From assembly GCA_041737175.1 (NCBI GenBank), contig JBGSSF010000033.1, positions 8,849 through 72,848 of the forward strand: 64,000 nt of DNA, in the 5' to 3' direction. Below, piece by piece: positions 24,319 through 33,585 of the stretch. The notes below the pieces were generated by a model, which was not told where the DNA came from, did not search any database, and worked only from the letters and a program-made list of their open reading frames with translations. Position 1 is the stretch's first letter. Every line of letters begins with the position of its first letter. The DNA comes from Bacteroidales bacterium. Lineage in GTDB: Bacteria > Bacteroidota > Bacteroidia > Bacteroidales > UBA10428. A program made the translations under genes and the position numbers.

Positions 24319-25677
24319 TTAGTCTTTTACAGTGAATCCCAATCTTTTCAAACCGGTCCTGATTTCCGGGGTTGCCATAAACAGATTCCAGAGCAGGGCA
24401 CTCCGGTAATTCTCGATCATGACCACGATGGGTCCCTGGTCGATGGCCAGGTACCTTTTGGGATACCAGTTCATTTCGATGCTGAATCCATCATAGAATC
24501 CATAAATACCCCAAATGCTGTCTCCCAGCTCATGGTAAAAATGCCGAAGCGCTTTCATGGATTCTTCGGGTGTATAGGGAAAGGATGATAAGGCAGCCGA
24601 AGGGGTGATCACCCCAAGGTCATTTTTCTCTCCCGGTGCATGGGCAGCATAACCCATGGGGGAATAACCTGCGGTGAGACCCCAGCAGGAATCGCTGTAG
24701 CCGGCATGACCCAGGGTATTCTCTTTGCACCATTGCCAGTTGATAAGTGCCAGGTTTCGGTTCAGTTCGATGTAATCGGCGTATCTGTCACTGATCTTCC
24801 AGGGATCCAGTCCCAGGTAGGAGTAATGCGCCCAGAACAACGGTCCGCCGTATTCCTCCGCATAGTTGTATTTAAGGATCAGGGGATGACCATACATTTG
24901 ATTCGTAGAAATCATTCCTCCGCTACGTGCCCATCCTTCGTGATAGGCAGCCGGATCAACGGGATGTGTAGGTGAAGATGCCGCCAGAACATAGGTGATC
25001 AGGCACTCATTGTAACCTTCAATGGGGAAGTTCATTTCCCAGCCGTAGTTGGGGGACCAGTGCCAGTATATTACAGGCTTGCCGCCCTGGGTGAACCAGT
25101 TCCATTCGACCTCCCGCCAAAGCCTGTCAATTTTGCCGGCCAGCGTCTTTTCCGCTTCAGTGCCGCTTTTAAGATATTCACGTACGGTCAGCAATCCCTG
25201 GATTAGGTAAGCTGTTTCAACGATATCGGCACCATTGTCTTTTGGACTGAAAGGTTTGACGCGTCCGGTTTCTCCGTAGAGCCAATGCGGCCAGGCCCCA
25301 TGAAACCTGTCGGATGTTTCCAGAAAATCCACAATACGTTTCAGGCGCTTATAAGCTTCCTGCCGGGTAATAAATCCCCGTTCAATTCCAACCAGGATTG
25401 CCATCAGGCCAAAACCCGTGCCCCCCGTGGTTACTACATTCATATCATTTTCGGGATATACGCCATCGACATGATAGCGCTCACGGGCCATACCCGAATT
25501 GGATTCTGCGCCGTCCCAGAAATACTGAAAGGTCCGGTATTCGGTAAGTGTAAGCAGCGAATCATCGGTTATTCTGGTTTCGACTTTATCGTAAACTGCT
25601 ACGGATATGTTCCTTGTAGTTTTGCAGCTACTCCAGAGCAATCCGGTTAGCAGAAACAGTATCAGAATTTTTTTCAT
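24319..25677 (-). CDS. GH144-like 'putative glucoamylase' family (alpha/alpha)6 glycoside hydrolase, lipoprotein
   Basis: Lipobox LWSSC. Motif string FQYFW...SGMARER...TTGGTGFGLMAILVGIERGFITRQEA...FHGAWPHWLYGETG...DIVETAYLIQGLL, as in Bacteroides 'putative glucoamylase' proteins related to endo-beta-1,2-glucanases. The family call is by recollection of motifs, not by search. Confidence 0.65.
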   Translation of the reverse strand: MKKILILFLLTGLLWSSCKTTRNISVAVYDKVETRITDDSLLTLTEYRTFQYFWDGAESNSGMARERYHVDGVYPENDMNVVTTGGTGFGLMAILVGIERGFITRQEAYKRLKRIVDFLETSDRFHGAWPHWLYGETGRVKPFSPKDNGADIVETAYLIQGLLTVREYLKSGTEAEKTLAGKIDRLWREVEWNWFTQGGKPVIYWHWSPNYGWEMNFPIEGYNECLITYVLAASSPTHPVDPAAYHEGWARSGGMISTNQMYGHPLILKYNYAEEYGGPLFWAHYSYLGLDPWKISDRYADYIELNRNLALINWQWCKENTLGHAGYSDSCWGLTAGYSPMGYAAHAPGEKNDLGVITPSAALSSFPYTPEESMKALRHFYHELGDSIWGIYGFYDGFSIEMNWYPKRYLAIDQGPIVVMIENYRSALLWNLFMATPEIRTGLKRLGFTVKD

Positions 25678-25682
25678 GGCGC

Positions 25683-27326
25683 TTAATAAGTGAATCCAAG
25701 TTTAGTCAATCCGGCCCTGATATCTTCGTCTGTCATAAATAGGTCCCAAAGGAGACCGGTGCGGTAATTTTCTATCATGCAAACGATAGGCCCCTGGTCA
25801 ATGGCCAGGTAGGAAGAAGCAAACCATGGCTCTTCAAGACTGAAAGCATCGTAGAACCCATAATCGCCCCATAGCCTGTCCCCCAGGATGTAATAAAAGA
25901 ACTTCAAAGCATCCATGCTTTCATCCGGTGTGTAAGGGAGTGAGGAAACTGCAGCGGTAGGTGCAATGACACCCAGGTCGTTTGTGGGTGAACTGGCACT
26001 GTAACCGCCGGGGATGTCACTGGCTGTAAGTCCCCAGCAATCAGATCCGTACCCTGTGTAATGCTTTGGATTTGCCTTGCAGTATTCAAAATTGATCCGG
26101 GAATGCGCGGTAAGCTGTGTCCAATAATTGGTGTACTGGTCTCCCAGTTCTCTGGGATCCAGTGCCAGGAATGAATAATGCGCAAAAAAGAGGGGACCTC
26201 CGTAATCGTACCCGAGTGGTAGCAGGATGTTATAAAATGTCTTGTTGTTCATGAAGCCGCCGTTGCGGGTCCATCCTGCATCATACACCTCTTTGGTTAT
26301 TGTGTGCGTAGGGGATGAGGCAGCCAGAACGTATACCATGAGCGCTTCATTCCAGCCCGTGACAGGCATATTCATTTGCCAGGCGTAATTGGGAGACCAG
26401 TGCCAGTACAAACGGTTCTGATCACCGTTCCTGTACCAGTCCCATTCCACACCCTCCCAGATTTTGGTAATGGAATCGCAGAGGGCATTCTCGACAGTTG
26501 ATCCGTTGATAAAATAGGCTTTTACAGTAAGCAATCCCTGTAAAAGGAATGCCGTTTCAACAAGGTCCCCGCCATCATCTTTGGAACTAAACGGGTGTAC
26601 CTTTCCGGTAGTGCCATTCAGCCAGTGTGGAAAGGCACCGTGGAACCTGTCTGTGGACGGATCAATCAGAAAGTTGACGATGGTCTTCAATCTGTCAAAT
26701 CCCTCCTGACGGGTGATGAAGCCTCTTTCGATGCCAGTAATGATGGCCATCAATCCAAATCCACTACCTCCTGAAGTGACAATATCACCCGAACCGAATC
26801 GTTCACGGGCCAGTCCCGAAACCGGGTGACCGTATTCCCAGAAGTAATCGAAGGTTTTCCGTTGCACCAGCGTAAGCAGAGAATCTTCGGTAATGGCAGG
26901 GAACTTGGGTGTCTCATCGAGACGGGTAACAAATACAAAGGAATAGCTTTTATAAATGGTTCCTCCCAGGGTCGGACCCTGGTCAAAGAGAACCCGGTAG
27001 GTTGATAATCCTTCCAGCGGGTCAGAAAGTGTAATGATCAGGGTTTGACTGTCATCCCTGAACCGGTGGTTGTAACTGGTGTCAACACCCCCTGTAATGA
27101 ACAATTTGTCTTTGCTGAATTGCAGGGTGTCTACCCGGGAATGGAACTTCACCCGGATCTCAACGCTGAGATAATCTATATTTTCAATACTGCCATTGTT
27201 GGTAACATAAACATTGTTTATGTAAAGTGAATCTATGAGGATCTCGCCATCCCCGGTGCTTTCCGGATCTTTATTGCAGGCGAAAATGAAAAATATTAAC
27301 GGTAATAAAAGAAGGGCTTTTTTCAC
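25683..27326 (-). CDS. GH144-like 'putative glucoamylase' family glycoside hydrolase with an extra N-terminal beta-sandwich-like domain, lipoprotein
   Basis: GTG start (no in-frame ATG nearby) giving MKKALLLLPLIFFIFAC (lipobox). A ~140-aa N-terminal extension precedes the same motif string as its neighbour (FDYFW...SGLARER...TSGGSGFGLMAIITGIERGFITRQEG...FHGAFPHWLNGTTG...DLVETAFLLQGLL). Confidence 0.65.
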   Translation of the reverse strand: MKKALLLLPLIFFIFACNKDPESTGDGEILIDSLYINNVYVTNNGSIENIDYLSVEIRVKFHSRVDTLQFSKDKLFITGGVDTSYNHRFRDDSQTLIITLSDPLEGLSTYRVLFDQGPTLGGTIYKSYSFVFVTRLDETPKFPAITEDSLLTLVQRKTFDYFWEYGHPVSGLARERFGSGDIVTSGGSGFGLMAIITGIERGFITRQEGFDRLKTIVNFLIDPSTDRFHGAFPHWLNGTTGKVHPFSSKDDGGDLVETAFLLQGLLTVKAYFINGSTVENALCDSITKIWEGVEWDWYRNGDQNRLYWHWSPNYAWQMNMPVTGWNEALMVYVLAASSPTHTITKEVYDAGWTRNGGFMNNKTFYNILLPLGYDYGGPLFFAHYSFLALDPRELGDQYTNYWTQLTAHSRINFEYCKANPKHYTGYGSDCWGLTASDIPGGYSASSPTNDLGVIAPTAAVSSLPYTPDESMDALKFFYYILGDRLWGDYGFYDAFSLEEPWFASSYLAIDQGPIVCMIENYRTGLLWDLFMTDEDIRAGLTKLGFTY

Positions 27327-27396
27327 TTGAATAATTATTTCAGGTAATTTAACAGGTCGCAGCTACGCCGCTTTATCTCTAGCCATTATCGTTTAT

Positions 27397-27455
27397 CTAC
27401 AAACAGGTCAGCCCCAAGGGCTTCCGGCAGCGCCGGAAATGCGACCTGTTTGTAG
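27397..27455 (-). other. Predicted three-way-junction RNA or DNA structure in the leader of the GH144-like genes
   Basis: A 13-bp outer stem (CTACAAACAGGTC 27397-27409 with GACCTGTTTGTAG 27443-27455) encloses two perfect hairpins, AGCCC-CAA-GGGCT and TCCGGC-AGC-GCCGGA. A third copy of the stem strand (AACAGGTCGC, 27351-27360) offers a mutually exclusive pairing 25 nt from the start codon at 27326. Confidence 0.5.
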
Positions 27456-27482
27456 TATATACTTTTTAAAGTATTCTTAAGC

Positions 27483-27772
27483 TCGGCGGAGTTTAAAACC
27501 ATAGCCGTCAACTTTAGATCAAACCGCGTTAGCGGTTAAATGTGAATAGCGCCGGGCGGAGCCCGGTGTAATTGACATTGATGTTTTCTACAACCACGTA
27601 GTGGTTGAATTTAATTGGAATAGCTCTCTCCTGCAATATTCAACCACGCCGTGGTTGTGAAAAATCAACCGCATATATACACCGGGTTATCACCCGGCGC
27701 TATTCAAATTAAAGCACTCCGTGCTTTCTAAAATCGCTTAAGTTGACGGCAATGGTTTTAAAACTCCGCCGA
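27483..27772. mobile_element. MITE-like ~290-bp nested imperfect palindrome (copy B of the hairpin-module family)
   Basis: Terminal inverted repeats: TCGGCGGAGTTTAAAACCATAGCCGTCAACTT at the left end, AAGTTGACGGCAATGGTTTTAAAACTCCGCCGA at the right end. Each ~135-bp arm carries three hairpins in the same order. No ORF and no obvious target-site duplication. Confidence 0.5.
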
Positions 27773-27823
27773 ACAAAAACTGACTGAAAAACTGTCAGCT
27801 TCCACTCCTAACGATTGAGAGAA

Positions 27824-28702
27824 TTAGGGATTGATCTGCGTTACTTCGGCTTGGTACAGAGCAGTAATCTCAGCCTGCGACAACGCCTTGTTATAGATCC
27901 TGAATTCGTCCACCATGCCCTGGTAATAGGTCATCCAGCCTTCGGGTGTACCGGCAATCTGCTGGGTCCATGCGCCAAAGTGGATCTTGGTCATATCCTG
28001 TCCGAGCTTGATGGGGCCCAGTGCCGGCTGTGTGCCACCTGCTTCAGGGCCGGCCCACTTGTTCTGTGAGAACACCTTGGTGCCGTTGGCATAGAATTCC
28101 ATGGTGGAAGTAGTTTTATTGTATAAAGCCACCAGGTGGAACCACATGTCATTCACGAATTTCACGCTATTTTTTCTGAGATCCTGCCCTTTCCATTCCG
28201 GAGATTCACTGTCATACAGGTAGAACTTCATATCCACGGAATCTCCTTCAGCCTGGCTCTCCTGCATAAGTGACAGAGCCCCCATGAAAGCATCACCACC
28301 GTTGATTGTAAAGATTTTGGCTGCACCGCTCGTTGTAAGAGGGGTTTTTACCCAGCAGGACATGGTAATTTCATCCAGGGTTTTCAGTGCCGTCCCGGAA
28401 GCGACATCGTATTCAAAGTAAGCTTCGCTTGTACTTCCCTTGTAGGCATTGCCTCTTCTTCCAACTGCCAGGGTTGCGCCACCAACGTCATCACTGAATG
28501 TGATGGTGTTGTTAGAATACTCAACTTCCTCATCAAGCGTTTCAAACGGGAAATAGGCAATCAGGCTGGAAGTTGCAATTGTGTTGGGATCGATCTTTCC
28601 GTCATCACCACCATCATCATCATCATCGGAACAGGAAACCATCACTCCGCCGAGGAGAAGAGTTCCGAACAAGAAACCAAATAAACCGAATTTGTTTTTC
28701 AT
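27824..28702 (-). CDS. LamG/concanavalin-A-like lectin-domain lipoprotein, candidate surface glycan-binding protein
   Basis: Lipobox VMVSC followed by an acidic linker (SDDDDDGGDDG). C-terminal VDEFRIYNKALSQAEI is the Laminin_G_3-type signature. It occupies the position directly after susD that is typical of SGBPs. Confidence 0.7.
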   Translation of the reverse strand: MKNKFGLFGFLFGTLLLGGVMVSCSDDDDDGGDDGKIDPNTIATSSLIAYFPFETLDEEVEYSNNTITFSDDVGGATLAVGRRGNAYKGSTSEAYFEYDVASGTALKTLDEITMSCWVKTPLTTSGAAKIFTINGGDAFMGALSLMQESQAEGDSVDMKFYLYDSESPEWKGQDLRKNSVKFVNDMWFHLVALYNKTTSTMEFYANGTKVFSQNKWAGPEAGGTQPALGPIKLGQDMTKIHFGAWTQQIAGTPEGWMTYYQGMVDEFRIYNKALSQAEITALYQAEVTQINP

Positions 28703-28739
28703 AATAGTCGTATTAGATTAAACATAAAATTGATTAAAA

Positions 28740-30233
28740 TTAATATCCGTTGTTTTGCACAAGATTCGGATTTAATTGTCTTTGGGCAGCAGGTATGGGA
28801 TATACTTCATGTTTGCCGGAAACAAATTTACCGGCCAGGGCAGTTGCTGCCTGTTCGGTCCTGATCAGGTCAAAGAACCTGTCTTCTTCCAGTGCCAGTT
28901 CTGCGCGCCGCTCGTCCCAGATTTGCTGCAGTGTTGCTCCTGAAAGTTCTTCCAGTCCTGCTCTTTCACGCACCAGGTTAATGGCATTGTCGGCGGTCAT
29001 TCCGCTTACAGTGGCAAATCCCGCTCCCCGCGCTTTGGCTTCGGCATACATGAGCAGTACATCGGCATAACGGAGTATCCTCACATTGTGATCGAAGCCG
29101 TATCCGTTGTAATTCCAGTTGTTGTATACCGATGGTGTATATACTTTTCCGTTGTAGACCGGGTTGATGCAAATCGACTTGATACTGTCACCCTCCGGGG
29201 TCATAGTGCCTCTGTAAAGTAATGTTGTTGCAGGTCTTATCACTTCACCTCTTGCCGTGTAGAAATCGATGAGTTTCCGGCTGGGTACGCAGAACCCCCA
29301 ACCCTGCATATTGCTGGGGTAGTTGGCGCGTGGTCCCTGGACATATGCATATTCTATAAAGGTTTGTTCACCAATTGTCTTACCAAGAGTGGAGCTTTGC
29401 AGCTCAAAAATGGATTCTTCGCTGTTTTCGCCATCGATGCTGAAAACTTCGCGAAAGTCTTCGAGCAGATCAAATCTACCCGATGCGATGATCCGATCGG
29501 TCAGAGAGGCTACCGAGTCCCATTCTGCCTGATACAGGTGTGCCTTGGCCTTTAGCGCCATTGCAGTGTATTTCGTGATCCGGCCAGCCCATTCGTTGGT
29601 GTAGCCTGCCGGCAGCACGCGTATGGCATCGCCGAGATCTTTCTCAATAAATTCATAAAGCTGTGCGGTTGAGGCCTGACCCACAGAGGCAAGTTGTTCT
29701 GCGGTCAGCAAGGTATCGATGATGGGTACCCTGCCGAATAAACGGGTCAGGTTGAAATAAGCATAAGCCCGTATTGTTTTCACTTCACCCTGGCATTGCA
29801 GGGCGTAAAGTTTGTCTGTGCTGTTCAGTAAGGTTCGTTCGAACAGGGGCATCTGGTGTATGGCATAATTGGACCCGCTGACTATATTATAATAGGCCAC
29901 CCAAAGATCATTGATAAGACCATTGTCGGCTTCATAGGTAAGATTATCCAGTTCGAGCATGGGTGGATTGTCCTCGGGCGTACTGCCCTTGTCGGCATTA
30001 TCAGATGCGATCTCAAAGGCGCCGATGTAAGGGAATACGTGGGCTCCGTAACTACGGAGGCTGGCATAGGACGCACTGACTGAAAGAAAAATATTCTCAG
30101 ACTTTGAATAATCAATGCCTGTAGTAGGCATGGTGGCTTCCGGGCGAATTTCAAGGAAGTCTTCGCAGCCTGTCAGCAACAACAGGGCTGTTATAACGGG
30201 GATGATACTGATTCTTTTCATTTTCTGACTCAT
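28740..30233 (-). CDS. SusD/RagB-family outer-membrane nutrient-binding lipoprotein
   Basis: Lipobox LLLTGC, conserved RYADVLLMYAEAKA, C-terminal NPNLVQNNGY. Lies 6 nt downstream of a SusC gene. Confidence 0.9.
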   Translation of the reverse strand: MSQKMKRISIIPVITALLLLTGCEDFLEIRPEATMPTTGIDYSKSENIFLSVSASYASLRSYGAHVFPYIGAFEIASDNADKGSTPEDNPPMLELDNLTYEADNGLINDLWVAYYNIVSGSNYAIHQMPLFERTLLNSTDKLYALQCQGEVKTIRAYAYFNLTRLFGRVPIIDTLLTAEQLASVGQASTAQLYEFIEKDLGDAIRVLPAGYTNEWAGRITKYTAMALKAKAHLYQAEWDSVASLTDRIIASGRFDLLEDFREVFSIDGENSEESIFELQSSTLGKTIGEQTFIEYAYVQGPRANYPSNMQGWGFCVPSRKLIDFYTARGEVIRPATTLLYRGTMTPEGDSIKSICINPVYNGKVYTPSVYNNWNYNGYGFDHNVRILRYADVLLMYAEAKARGAGFATVSGMTADNAINLVRERAGLEELSGATLQQIWDERRAELALEEDRFFDLIRTEQAATALAGKFVSGKHEVYPIPAAQRQLNPNLVQNNGY

Positions 30234-30239
30234 AAACTG

Positions 30240-33200
30240 TTAAAAATTAGCTTTGATGCCAACGGTATAAACCGACTGGAGTGGGTATACCGAATTATCA
30301 ATACCGCTTGAAATAGGACTTCCTCCAATCTCAGGCGTAAATCCGTTATAGGTGAAAAAGGTATAAGGCCGTTGAGCAGCGATGTAAATCCTCAGTTGGG
30401 GAATAAACGGTATTTTTGTGGTGGTGAAACCTGCCTGGATATTCTGGATCCGGATATACGATCCGCTTTCGACAAAAAAGTCATTGGCCTGTTGGATGAA
30501 AGAGTAATTATAGGCTGTGGCCGAAGGATACTCATCTGATGGGTTGTCCTTTGTCCAGCGGTTTTCATAAAAATCCTGATCGTAATTGCCATCGGTAAAA
30601 ACGTCCCTGTTCATCCTTTTTGCATTCAGGATCTTGTTTCCCAGCTGTCCCATGAGAGAGATATTCAGGTCGAAGTTTCTATAGGTAATCCCGACATCAA
30701 CACCCGAAATAAGCCATGGTATTGCACTTCCAAGGTATACCTTATCTTCTTCATTGATCACCTGGTCGCCGTTCTGATCTTTATACCTGAAGAATCCTTC
30801 ATTTTTTATGGTCTGATCGATCGGATCGAGCAATGCTTCACTTTCACTTTTGTAAACTCCGGTTATTTCATACCCGTAAAAGGAACCAATGGGATGGCCC
30901 ACAGCGGTACGGGTGGTATAATTTCCTCTCACGTAAGCGCCCGGAATGTAATTTCGGCCATCGAGCCTGGTTACTTCATTGTGGACCGTGGTTGCATTGA
31001 AACCGGCATTCATGGCGATGCCGTTCTTAAATTCCCTGGACCACCTTAAACTGAGTTCAATCCCGGCATTCACAACACTTCCATTGTTGTCGAGCAGCTC
31101 AGCCACTCCTCCACCTGTTGCGATGGGCGCAAAAAACACAACGTTGTTTGTCGTTCTGTGATAAAAGTCGAGATTACCCGATAGCTTATTGCCGGTCAGG
31201 GTAAAGTCAAAACCAACATCGTACTCATTCACCACCTCCCACCGCAGGTAATTCTGAACCACGGTCTGCGCTCCCATTCCGTCTATCAGCTGGTTATTGA
31301 AAATGGCTGAACTTCCGGCTCCGGATTGCCCCAGGATAACCGAGGAATTCGCCGGCACATTGTCGTTGCCAAGCAGGCCCCAACTGGCCCTGGCTTTCAG
31401 ATAACTGAAAATTTTCTGATTTTCCATGAATCTTTCCTGGGTTAGATTCCAACCCAGACCAACAGAAGGGAAATAGCCCCATTTTTCCTGGTATTTTGAA
31501 CTGGCATCTGCCCTGAAGGTCAGGGTGGCCAGGTATTTATCACTGATATTGAATATGCCCCGGGTAAAAAAAGAAAGGCCGTTGTACCTGTCAGCGCCGT
31601 CCCAGGCATAACGATCCCTGAATGAACCCGTGACCAGGTATTTCGACTGATCATCAAGGCCTGAAACATCAATGGCGGAGCCCGACAGATATTCTGATTT
31701 TTCCATACGGGTCGACTGTCCGATCATGATGGAGTAGTTGACTTTACCTGACTGGTCCTTATAAGTAAGGAGGTTGTCGATGATCTGCTTGGATCCGTTG
31801 CCTGAGGTCTTGGACAGGGAAGATTTTCTTACACCCTGTGAACCACCCACGTTGAAAGCTGGCGTATAATTCCGGGTTGTCCAGTTGCTGACATCCTGGT
31901 TGTATGAAATTTTAAAGGTCAGCTTGTCCTTCACCGGATAGAATTCAGCATATCCATTGAATACAAGCTTATTCCCCTTTTCATAGTTGTCGTTGTAATA
32001 AGCTGCAGCTACGGGATTGCCATACTGGTTACCAAAACCATAGGTCTGTGGTGATCCAAACAATACCGGGTAGGCTTCCGTGTTATCGGAATCGTATACA
32101 GGGTAAACGGGCGGATTCACATAAGCATTGAAAAATGCACCCTGATTGGGATTGTACTTATCGTAACGTGAAACAATGGTATTCAGGCCGATTTTTAGGT
32201 ATGCATTAACAGTCTGCTCAAGTCTTCCGCGGATATTGAAGCGGTTAAAATCATTTTGGGTATCCATAATTCCATCCTGGTAAAGGTAACTCCCTCCGAA
32301 TGAATAGGATGTTTTATCAGCAGCGCCTGAAATGTCAATGCTGTGACCACTCATGGGTGCGGGTCTCACCAGTTCCTGGTACCAGTCGGTACTTACCGGA
32401 TAATCGTCAGGGTTTTTGGGAATATAGCCTGTGGCTTCTGCATTGGCTTCATTCATGAGTTCAACGTACTGATTTTTGGAGGCCATTTTCAGAATATTCA
32501 CGGGGATCTGCATACCATAATATCCCTCATAGCTGATGGATGGCTTTTGTTCGATGCCTCTCCTGGTGGTGATCAGTATTACCCCGTTGGCAGCCCGCAC
32601 GCCGTATATGGCTGCTGCTGAAGCATCCTTAAGCACGGTAATGTCTTCAATGTCACCGGCACCGAGGAAATCAATATTGTCAACGAATACGCCGTCAACA
32701 ACATAAAGGGGATTGGCAAAATCGCCAATGGAACCAACACCGCGTATTTTTACGGAAGCCCCGCTGCCCGGAACTCCGCTGGTGATGATCTGCAGACCGG
32801 CTACCTTCCCCTGCAGGGCCTGCATGGCATTGGATGTGATCTGCCGTGAGAGATCCTCGCCCTTTACCGTAACAATGGGTGCGGTAAGGTCCTTGGCTCT
32901 CTGGGTTCCGTAGCCAATTACCACAACTTCATCCATAAGGGTTGCCTGGGTTGCCAGTATGATATCGATCACAGTCTGGTTACCTACAGCAACCTGCTGA
33001 GGTTCCATTCCAACCATGGTGAAAATTAGCGTGTCTACCGGCTGGGCCGATATCGAGAAACTACCGTCACCATCGGTAACCGTACCTCTCAGGGTATTCT
33101 TTACCTGAACTGCAACGCCCGGCAATGATATTTTCTGATCATCCACCACGCGTCCCCTTATTAATACCTGACCGTTCAGCGGTTGCAGAAGAAAAATGAC

Positions 33201-33245
33201 AAATATTGTTGCAAACAGTTCTTTCATGGGTAAGAGATATTTCAT
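30240..33245 (-). CDS. SusC/RagA-family TonB-dependent outer-membrane transporter
   Basis: CarboxypepD_reg-like domain (RGRVVDDQKISLPGVAVQVKNTLRGTVTDGDGSFSI), plug (VVVIGYGTQRAKDLT, ITVLKDASAAAIYGVRAANGVILITTRRG), and a barrel ending ...YTVGIKANF. Confidence 0.92.
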   Translation of the reverse strand: MKYLLPMKELFATIFVIFLLQPLNGQVLIRGRVVDDQKISLPGVAVQVKNTLRGTVTDGDGSFSISAQPVDTLIFTMVGMEPQQVAVGNQTVIDIILATQATLMDEVVVIGYGTQRAKDLTAPIVTVKGEDLSRQITSNAMQALQGKVAGLQIITSGVPGSGASVKIRGVGSIGDFANPLYVVDGVFVDNIDFLGAGDIEDITVLKDASAAAIYGVRAANGVILITTRRGIEQKPSISYEGYYGMQIPVNILKMASKNQYVELMNEANAEATGYIPKNPDDYPVSTDWYQELVRPAPMSGHSIDISGAADKTSYSFGGSYLYQDGIMDTQNDFNRFNIRGRLEQTVNAYLKIGLNTIVSRYDKYNPNQGAFFNAYVNPPVYPVYDSDNTEAYPVLFGSPQTYGFGNQYGNPVAAAYYNDNYEKGNKLVFNGYAEFYPVKDKLTFKISYNQDVSNWTTRNYTPAFNVGGSQGVRKSSLSKTSGNGSKQIIDNLLTYKDQSGKVNYSIMIGQSTRMEKSEYLSGSAIDVSGLDDQSKYLVTGSFRDRYAWDGADRYNGLSFFTRGIFNISDKYLATLTFRADASSKYQEKWGYFPSVGLGWNLTQERFMENQKIFSYLKARASWGLLGNDNVPANSSVILGQSGAGSSAIFNNQLIDGMGAQTVVQNYLRWEVVNEYDVGFDFTLTGNKLSGNLDFYHRTTNNVVFFAPIATGGGVAELLDNNGSVVNAGIELSLRWSREFKNGIAMNAGFNATTVHNEVTRLDGRNYIPGAYVRGNYTTRTAVGHPIGSFYGYEITGVYKSESEALLDPIDQTIKNEGFFRYKDQNGDQVINEEDKVYLGSAIPWLISGVDVGITYRNFDLNISLMGQLGNKILNAKRMNRDVFTDGNYDQDFYENRWTKDNPSDEYPSATAYNYSFIQQANDFFVESGSYIRIQNIQAGFTTTKIPFIPQLRIYIAAQRPYTFFTYNGFTPEIGGSPISSGIDNSVYPLQSVYTVGIKANF

Positions 33246-33438
33246 GAAAATTTAGGGAGAGTTACTAGATATTAAACAAATGGGAAGGCTCTTTGATTTT
33301 CTCAACAGCAGAAAAAGTTTATAAATAACCTTCATTTTACCACAACAGGAAAGAGTAAGAAATTAGAATTCAACGATATATTCAAATAGAATTTTCATTT
33401 TTTATTTTATGGAGTATCGTCATGAATAAAAAGCGATT

Positions 33439-33563
33439 ATGTCGCACCTACGGCGCTTTTTTGTGGGATCACAACAATTTTTTCTACCGTAATGTCGCAC
33501 CTCTGGTGCTTATCAACCGGATCACAACAATTTTTTCTACCGTAATGTCACATCTACGGCGCT
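33439..33563. repeat. 53-bp tandem direct repeat, ~2.4 copies
   Basis: The unit is ATGTCGCACCTACGGCGCT + ~8 nt + GGATCACAACAATTTTTTCTACCGTA, with copies starting at 33439, 33492 and 33545. The 37-nt cores at 33466-33502 and 33519-33555 differ at 2 positions. Copy 2 carries a perfect GCACC-TCT-GGTGC hairpin. Confidence 0.85.
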
Positions 33564-33585
33564 TTCATTTAAGATATATCGATTT

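Noticed and set aside
27781-27800. Possible intrinsic terminator just after the LamG gene stop. The minus strand reads CTGACAGTTTTTCAGTCAG followed by TTTTTG.
   Set aside because: The stem is only 5 bp with a 9-nt loop, which is too weak to call on its own. The larger structured element immediately downstream is the more credible punctuation signal.
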